From Octopus vulgaris (lineage: Eukaryota), in assembly GCA_951406725.2 (NCBI GenBank), contig OX597830.1, positions 30,504,001 to 30,568,000 of the forward strand: 64,000 nucleotides of DNA. The letters are read 5' to 3'. The translations under genes were made by a program, and so were the position numbers. Of this stretch, positions 54,863-64,000 are shown piece by piece (the stretch's first letter is position 1; each line of letters starts with the position of its first letter). Under the pieces are notes generated by a model. It searched no databases. It saw nothing but the letters and a program-made list of their open reading frames with translations, and had not been told where the DNA came from.

Positions 54863-55217
54863 CATATATATGCACACATATATATACATACATTCACACG
54901 CACACATACTTATATATATTAGCAATGCTTCCTCATATGTAATATTTTTTTTTCGGTCTTGGGGAGAAGCTGGTTATTTCAAAGCAGATATTGGCTATAT
55001 ATATATTGTGTGTACGTGTATGTGTGATTGCTTGCCAATGTGTGTGTGTGTGTGTGTGTGTGTGCGTGAGAGAGTGTGAACATGTGGTGTGTTTGCACGT
55101 GCGTATGTGTGTGTGTGTATGTGTGTGTGTGTGTGCGTGTGTATGTATGTATGTATTCTCTATAAACAAAAGCTTTCCAACGCCTGTTCTTGCCTCCTGG
55201 ATTTTCTCTATTTTCCA

Positions 55218-55268
<51 letters not shown>

Positions 55269-55777
55269 TAAGTATGAATGTACGTACATATGTGCATACA
55301 TATACATACACAGATATATACACAGTTTTATATATGTGCGTGTATGTACGTATATGCGTGAGTGTGTATGCGTGCATGTGTGTGTTCATATATATATATA
55401 ATAAATATATGATACACACACACACACCAAAAGCTAGAAATCAATACTGGGTGTCACATATGCAGATTGAACTTATGCACCGTGCTGGATCTATTTTAAG
55501 CCATCCAATTTCACTTTACTTAAATTTTCTACCAGCATCTTAACGTCAGCCTAATCACAACAGTCACAGGATATCTTCCTCTTTCCTTATTTCTCCCACT
55601 CTTCCCACTTCCCTCTTTCTCTCTCCCCCCTCTCTCTCTCTCTCTCTCTCCCATACACACGCGTTGTTCTTTATCTGAATTAATATCTCTGCCTGTATCT
55701 TTATCTATATATCATATACAAGTATATAGGCATATATGCGTGTATGTATATATATATATATATATATATACACGTAA

Positions 55778-55808
<31 letters not shown>

Positions 55809-55986
55809 CGTATATATACATATATATGTGTGTGTATGTATATATACCTATAATATCTATATATATTTACAAATACCTCTATGTAATTATATATATATAT
55901 ATATATGTATACATATATATAGAGAGAGAGAGGGGAGATGTATACATAGAAATCTATATCTAGTAAAATAAATCTATATATGTATG

Positions 55987-56017
<31 letters not shown>

Positions 56018-56118
56018 TTGTGTATGTATATGTTTATGCATTTGTATTGTGTATCAATAAATCCAAAATTCGTTTCATTAATACACACACATAAATACAC
56101 ACACATATATATACATGC

Positions 56119-56158
<40 letters not shown>

Positions 56159-56211
56159 CACACTCACACGTACGTACATACATGCACATACATATAAATA
56201 TATGTGCATGC

Positions 56212-56341
<130 letters not shown>

Positions 56342-57239
56342 TATTTTCTATATAAGGCTTGGTCTATCTGCAACCGAGAAGTTCGTCCGCCGCTAGTATT
56401 TTCCTTGTCTAGCTGGAACGACTTAGTTAATCACATGATCAATTCAATACTTTCTTATGCGAAAGAAACAAAACTCGGGTTACTGACGCACATAGATAAG
56501 GTCAATGTATTGACAATAGCAGAAAGTATTTATGATGTATGACACACCGTAATAGTGTTTTCATGAGATTTCAGGTAATTAATTTTTTTTTTCTCTTCTC
56601 CGGCTTCATATTGTAATAGAATGTTGGTCCTGACTTTTGTGTGTCGCTTTTGGTAGCTTCGTGAATGAATTTAATGCTGTTCTTTCACACAGCCAGTAAT
56701 TGGAAGATGTTTTCGCTACCAATCATTCGTAAAAGTTTGAGAAACACTGATAGAAATTATGTCTACGTATTTGTCATGAAAAATATGGTTCCTGTTCGTC
56801 TAGGAATCTAATTTATATTTTATAGATCTTTACCTCTGCTTTCTGACAGTGATATATATCTTTGTTACGAAATTGTTTGGCTGAATATATTCCAAGAGAA
56901 GAAACTTCTGTGTGTCCACTCGATTTTCGCAATCCAATTTGTAGTATTAATGTCAGTCCATGTGTGTTATAATGGATTAACTTACAAGACACAAATCCCA
57001 TGGCAACCAAATGATGGATCTTGATAAAGGTATCACATTTCATCAATTTGTGAATGAATTAAACACTGTTTTGTAAGTAATGATAAAGTTTTCACTAATA
57101 ATCATTAGCAAAAGTTAGAAAACTGGTGGTAAAAAGTATTAGTGTTTTTGTCAAGAAATATGTATATTGTACGATGCACTCAAATAGCGTTCTAATACGT
57201 GTGTCGTGTATGATATTGTATCGAAGTATATCGATCTTA

Positions 57240-57546
57240 AAACACGAATATTCTCCTAGACACCCACCTATACACAACTCTTTTCCCTTCTTAACTCTGT
57301 CATAAAACCGCATTTCCCCAAAACCCTGGCCCATGTACCGCGTCCGTTCTTTCGTTCTTTGTTTCTTTCTTTATCACTCTCTTTCTCTTTCCCCCCTCTC
57401 TCTCTCTCTCTCTCTTTCTCTGAACCCCTTTTCCTCTTCTCCTACTTTTCTTCGAAACTTTTCTTTTGATGAAAGATTGGCGTCCGAAACATTATGAATC
57501 TTTCCATTACTTTTAAGCATTAAACTAATACAATTTTTGCTAAAAC
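57240..57546 (+). mobile_element. Diverged PLE 3' end with decayed HHR (~57465-57492)
   Basis: ttgatgaaagattggcgtccgaaac then agcattaaactaataca tail, ends at (TA)n. Confidence 0.55.
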
Positions 57547-57620
57547 TTATCCCTCTATATATATATGTATATATATAACATATTCAATGTAATCATATAT
57601 GTGCATGTATATATTGTATA

Positions 57621-57682
<62 letters not shown>

Positions 57683-57734
57683 TATGTATATATATATGTA
57701 TGTATGTATATGTGTAGTATGTATGTATCTATAA

Positions 57735-57779
<45 letters not shown>

Positions 57780-57829
57780 TATGTATATATATGTATGTAT
57801 GTGTATGTGTAGTATGTATGTATCTATAA

Positions 57830-57885
<56 letters not shown>

Positions 57886-57960
57886 GTATACTTATATACA
57901 TACAGATATAGAGACATAGATACATACATATATGTATGTATACCTATATACAAAAATATC

Positions 57961-58135
57961 TACATATATAACGTGTTTAAGGAACCCTTTTTTTGTCAAA
58001 ATTTATGTAAAAAAAATATGGGAGTTACATGGATAGTATTATAATCCCTTACAAAACCGTTTTTCCATATTTTAAGACCCAAAATTTAGAGGGTTTCTTA
58101 TACACGAGGGTTCTTTATACACGTTAAAATATGGT
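57961..58135. mobile_element. pogo/Tigger-like MITE
   Basis: Inverted ends taacgtgtttaaggaaccc / gggttctttatacacgtta. Confidence 0.6.
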
Positions 58136-58734
58136 TTGTATGTGTGCGTATACATTTATGTCTACATTGAATTTTGTGTCTTTCATTATGATGGACGATA
58201 TATGATCTGAAGGAAAAAAATTTATCTACTGGCTAGGACAGAACATTTTTGAATCACATTTGTTATCCTTCATTGGTACGTGAAGTAGAATTTCTCTTTG
58301 TGATACATCTTTCCTTATGACAGAAAGAGGGTAACCAACTGTGGTCACGCTACCTGTGAGAATTAACAACACAAAATCTCACAAAATCTTAGCTTTAGTC
58401 TTTTATAGCAGGAAGAATAACTGGCAGAATAACTGTTTTTAAGATATATTGTAATCCAATAATAAAACAATATTGTTATGATTAGAATCCCGAAGCTAAA
58501 GAACAACGAAACTGCGGCAGATTTGTCGAGTGACTTGTTAGCTTGATCAACCACGTTTTATTTTATTTTCTCCGAGGCATTAAAGATATTTGGATTTAAC
58601 TCCTTTCCAGTTTTGATCCTCGGCAGGGTGCTGCGGGAATCTCTAATAAAGTCAAACTCTGTGGATCTCTATGGTTTATTAAAAGATTAATGCTTTGTGC
58701 TGCTTTTCATTGGTTTTTTGATCGTGGAGACTTA

Positions 58735-59085
58735 TTCTTTACCTGTTTCAGTCATTGGACTGCAGCCATGGTAGGGTACTGCCCTGAAGAATTTAGTCAA
58801 ACAAATTGACACCATTGTTTATTTTTAAACCAACTAGTTATTCTGTCGGTCTTTTTTGTTGAACTGCAAATTAACGGGCACGTGAACGAAACAAACCTGA
58901 CTTCAAGCGGCATTTGTGGACCGACACAAACACACACGCCCTTACACACATATGCATATATTCATATATACATATATGCATGCATGTGTCTGTGCGCGCG
59001 TGTGTGTGTACGACAGATTTCATTCACTTTCCGTCTACCAAACCCTTTCACAAGGCTCTAGTTGGCACGGGCAATAGTAGGGCAC
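58735..59085 (-). mobile_element. Old SINE-A
   Basis: tgtttcagtcattggactgcagccatg...ttccgtctaccaaa. Confidence 0.8.
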
Positions 59086-60138
59086 ACACACACGCACACA
59101 CATACTCATGCACACACGCAGGCACACACATACACACACACAAGCACACACATATACACACATATACATTACCGATGTCACTTACTGAATGTATGTGTTT
59201 CGTTTATGCACTTATTAGCTGCAGATGTGCGTCAGGGGGGGGGGAAGTCCCCATAAGACGTCGAGTCTTAAAACAAAACTAACTTCTTTTGAGAATTTGT
59301 TTACCATCAAGCGGGCAGCACTACTAAAAACTCGAGATAAATTTTCGTTAGACATGCCATTCAGAAAGTCTCGCGGGCCGCATGTTATCCATGACGGATT
59401 TAAGCCAAGGAGGGACCCCTGAAAGTGCTCGCTCAACCTGCAATAAATAATAGTCGAATAGGCATTAAATCAAACATTTTTGTCTTCAAACGGAAATGGA
59501 CACAATGTCTAAATGTAGTCCAAGATACATCATGTCTAAAAAAATAAGCGGGAGTAGTCACGACTGGAAATACTCTTGATCATATAACTCTTGTAGTTCA
59601 GTTAGGATGACATAGTACTAAAAAAAAAAAGAACAACCAGTAATATATTGAGGTCGAGTCAGTTAAATTTGTTCTTTAATGTTAGAAGCCGAAACCAAAA
59701 AAAAAAAAATTTCGTGTTATTTGTATCAAGGCTTAAAAATGTTAATACGAGATAAAAATTTAGAATTCTCATTACTGACAATGTCTCCAGAATATTCGAA
59801 CAATTATTTTCTAGTTAAATTTCCATTTCCGGCTGACAACAGTGCCATCTAACGGTGGTATTTCGGTAATCTCAAACTAATTAGTAACAATTGCTACACT
59901 CGTTGTTGTTGTTGTTGTTATAGCTGCTGTTGTTATTTTAAATGTAGATGTTGCTACCGTTGCTGTTGTTGCTGCTACTGCTGATGATGACGATGGTAGC
60001 CGTCGTCGTCGTCGTCGTCATCATTGTTGCTGTTGTTGTTTTTGTTTTTATGATGTTGATGATGTTCTTGTTGCTATTGTTGCAGACGATGCTATTAAAA
60101 TTCTTTCTCCGTAGTAATTTCCTTTGACAAGACGCGAT

Positions 60139-60264
<126 letters not shown>

Positions 60265-60271
60265 GATATAT

Positions 60272-60324
<53 letters not shown>

Positions 60325-60432
60325 TATATATATACATACAAGTATATATATATATACACACATACATGCATACATACATACATATATATGTATACAAACA
60401 CACATATACATACACACACACATATATATATA

Positions 60433-60520
<88 letters not shown>

Positions 60521-60935
60521 CACACACAGAGGCACACATAGATATAGGTATGCATGTAATTTTGCATGTAATTACGTATATTCACACACTTGACTGAATC
60601 TATTTTGCTATATTTAAAACGAAGACTGTCTCTTTAGTCCCAGGATGGGAAAGAGTGTCATCAGATCATAGACTTAGCTCCAGTTGCCTAGCAGGAATGA
60701 AATGGAAGCTAGTTATTCTCCTGGATAGGACGCTAGTCTTTCGCGAGTAACTTTCCTCGTTCTTCTTTTTGATACACATCCAGTCGACAGTCATGCTAAA
60801 GACTTCATTTCCCGCGCTAACCTTTGACTGCTATTTACTCATATGTATTTTATTTTACCATGTCCATAGACATAAAATTGTATAGCAAAACTACTACGGT
60901 GATATTCGAATACAGAACATAAAGGTGTGTGTGTG

Positions 60936-60973
<38 letters not shown>

Positions 60974-61195
60974 ATAAACCAAAGGATATTTAAGTGAAAA
61001 CTCTGAAGAAACCATACTGGTACTATAGTAGGGTTGAAGTTGCAACGATTACTAATCGATCCGGTAGAAACATGTGTAGATTTATTTGAAGTTGTATTTG
61101 TATATACGTGTGTGTGTGTATGTGTGTGTGTGTGTGTGTGTGTATCAGGAATTAAAGGTACTTCGTAATAATCCTTATGGTTGTTGTTGTTGTTA

Positions 61196-61253
<58 letters not shown>

Positions 61254-61287
61254 CATTATTATTATTATTATTGATATATATATATTT

Positions 61288-61890
61288 AGTGAGAATTCAC
61301 AAAAAAACAAAAGACGAAGACAGGTGGTGTAGACAACAAACAGATGTAGTAGTATAACGCTGGAGAAGTGAAAAAGTCTTTAACGTTTCGTGCCTACGCT
61401 CTTCCACAGAAAGGAACACAGAAAGAAACAAGGAAAGAAAATAAAGAATGTGTAGTGGCTGGTGATATATCATGGCGAATGCCATCAGAAAGGTCACACA
61501 GGAGAGCTAGGGAAAAGGGGAGGTAATAAAGAAGTGGTGATCCCAAAACGAAGGTGCGCGTGCGTGTGTGTATAAGAGATTTTGTATGTACGTGTGGAAG
61601 AGGGCTGGCGATCTTGAGGTGTGAGTGTGTGAGGGCTGGTGATCTTGACGTGTGCGTGTATGTGTGTGTAGGTGTGAAAATGTGGGTGTAGAAAGAGGTC
61701 AGTGCTGATGTGTGTGTGGTGGTGTGTTGTGATCTGATGTGTTGCGAGGTATGGTGGTGTAAGGTGTAGTGATGTGGTGTGTGGTGTGTGGGTGCTGGGA
61801 GGTGGGGAGGTGAGAGTGGGATGTGAGTTAGGTTAAGGGTGGGAGTAGTGGTGGGGTATGTGGGAGTGATTGTTAGGGAAGGAACACACA
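61288..61890 (-). mobile_element. Penelope-like 3' region with HHR motif 61378-61413
   Basis: Minus strand cttt-CTGTGGA-a-gagc-gtag-gcac-GAAA-cgtt-aaag; homologous to 12190-12683. Confidence 0.8.
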
Positions 61891-62128
61891 GTATGTATGT
61901 GCGACCGATAATGTTTATATATATATATATATATATACATAATATATTAAATTAGAGATAAAACCACTATTAGGCAAATCAAACAGTGAAAAACATAAGC
62001 CAATACATAAAATTATATATTATATATATAATATATATTATATATATATTATATAATATATTTATACTATAAAATTGGATTTAATCCTAAATCTAATTTT
62101 TCCCTGTAAGTTTGGATTTATTCCCTAA

Positions 62129-62231
<103 letters not shown>

Positions 62232-62253
62232 TTAAGGTACCGCATTAGAGGAA

Positions 62254-62399
62254 ATATATATGAAAGAAGGTTTGAAAATGCAATTTTAAAAGACGTTTAT
62301 TCACTTGACCGGTTTCACTTTTGACAATCTGTTTCTAAAAAAGTGAAATCGGTCAAGTGAATGAACATCTCTTAAAATTGCATTTTCAAACCTTCTTTC

Positions 62400-62407
<8 letters not shown>
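62254..62407. repeat. Inverted repeat, 69-bp arms with 16-bp spacer
   Basis: 4 transition mismatches; each arm carries GAAA(C/T)CGGTC. Confidence 0.95.
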
Positions 62408-62434
<27 letters not shown>

Positions 62435-63624
62435 TATATAAAATTTCAATAGTTTTTTTTTAGAAGTAGCCATATATATGGTTATTTTTAGAAGTAGCCA
62501 TATATATATATATATATATATATGGCTACTTCTAATAAAACTAAGAAAATTTTGATAACCATTATCACAGCCTAACTCTATATCTATGGGGTAATTTAGA
62601 CTCTACTGATTGTACCTCTAAGTTTATCTTCATATTTATTACGGAATTATCCCTACGATAAATTAAATAAACAAAGAACATTTTTGTTAGGTTTGTCTTC
62701 ATATTTCTTACGGAAATGTCCCTCCGATAAATTAAATCAAGAGCATTTTTTATGAGTTAATTTAAACAATTTTTTTTATATCAATAACCTTAAATAAATA
62801 GAAGAGTTCTTATATATTACCAATGTGATTACCATTTATATATTCTTTATATATTTCTAGATATTTAATGTATATACCTATATATTGTTGTTGCGTATTA
62901 TTATAATAGCGAAAGATTGTCTTCGACCTAAACGAGTTTGGATTAATATTATTTGAAATATATAGAAATATATTTCAATAGTTGTAGATTCTACTACATT
63001 ATTTTGTCCGTTTTAATTTTGCTGCTTTTTAATTGTAAATACTACGTATTTGAAAAGTTAACGCTCACGTTCATAATACATAGGTATTTGAATTAATTTT
63101 TTTTTACAATCCAGCCGTTCTTTCACACGGAATTTCGTCTATCATTAAACCTTAGCTCTGATGAGACTCATATAAGTAAATTGAATTGTTTATATATCAA
63201 ATAGATGTATAGTCGATTGTTGGAATCTGAGGGTTTTTTTTAATGATTTTGTAATGTTAACATATATCATATTCATAGCATATTATGTTGTATTATAATA
63301 TAAATGAATTATTGGATTTTCAACTGTATCACCCTATTCAATTTATTGTTTATATATGCTTTCGGGGATAGAATGTTTGTTTACTTAGAGCAAATACGAA
63401 CTAATATAGTTCTTAAATTTGACAGCAACACGGAGACTAATTCGCTGGTGTAAAGGTAACACACTTAGTCGCGTGGATGTGGGTTCGAGTTACACTCGAA
63501 TACGAAACTTCTTTATTTCTGTCGAGGGCTTTTATGCCCCTTTATTAGACTATTTTCTTTAATCATTGCAGGGTGATCGCTTAAATAAAAATACTGTATA
63601 TATTTATATATGTAAACGAAGAAG

Positions 63625-63742
63625 AAGAAAATGGAGATTGAGAAGTTAATAAGAGTTTATTATCAACAACAAATCGAACATTATAATGTACGGTTTGTTG
63701 TTGATAATAAACCGTTATTAACTTCACAATCACCATTTTCTT
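63625..63742. repeat. Spacerless palindrome, 59-bp arms
   Basis: Centre 63683/63684 (cattataatg), ~6 mismatches. Confidence 0.92.
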
Positions 63743-63899
63743 TTACTTCTTGTATATGAAAAAAAAACTACAGGATTTTTATATACATACCTGTTGTTTT
63801 ATGGAAATCATTTCCCTGCAAAATATTAGATATTGAACCAGTATTTCCTTGGACGACACCATTCCTTCATGAGGCCAACATAACCTCTAATCGCATTTT

Positions 63900-64000
<101 letters not shown>

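Noticed and set aside
56700-57060. Possible Sola or hAT transposase remnant
   Set aside because: Only a weak CDTFIKIH resemblance and one hAT-like end; not assignable by eye.

Overview
Eukaryotic, AT-rich, extremely microsatellite-dense non-coding DNA. The SINE repertoire and repeat landscape look like a coleoid cephalopod, probably Octopus (inferred from recalled repeat families, not searched). I found no host exon, rRNA or intact tRNA gene, and almost all listed ORFs are microsatellite translations. The window is a layered mobile-element landscape: about 18 copies or fragments of a tRNA-headed SINE with a central microsatellite (SINE-A), about 12 of a second SINE (SINE-B), and further SINE families. 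It also holds a decayed RTE-BovB LINE, four R4/Dong-like RLE retrotransposon ends embedded in (TAA)n or (TACA)n, Tc1/mariner relics (mariner, DD37D maT, MITEs), a hAT-like MITE and several Penelope-like element (PLE) ends. The most notable signals are: (i) about nine hammerhead ribozyme (HHR) motifs, including one complete canonical type I HHR, a U3:A8 covariant and a family-wide A6U variant; (ii) a composite tRNA-head + (TAA)n + HHR element with inverted termini, a candidate Pol III retrozyme or Penelope-dependent SINE; (iii) long near-perfect palindromes sitting in (TA)n tracts; (iv) partitioning of different microsatellites among element families. Coordinates were read by eye and may be off by a few bases.
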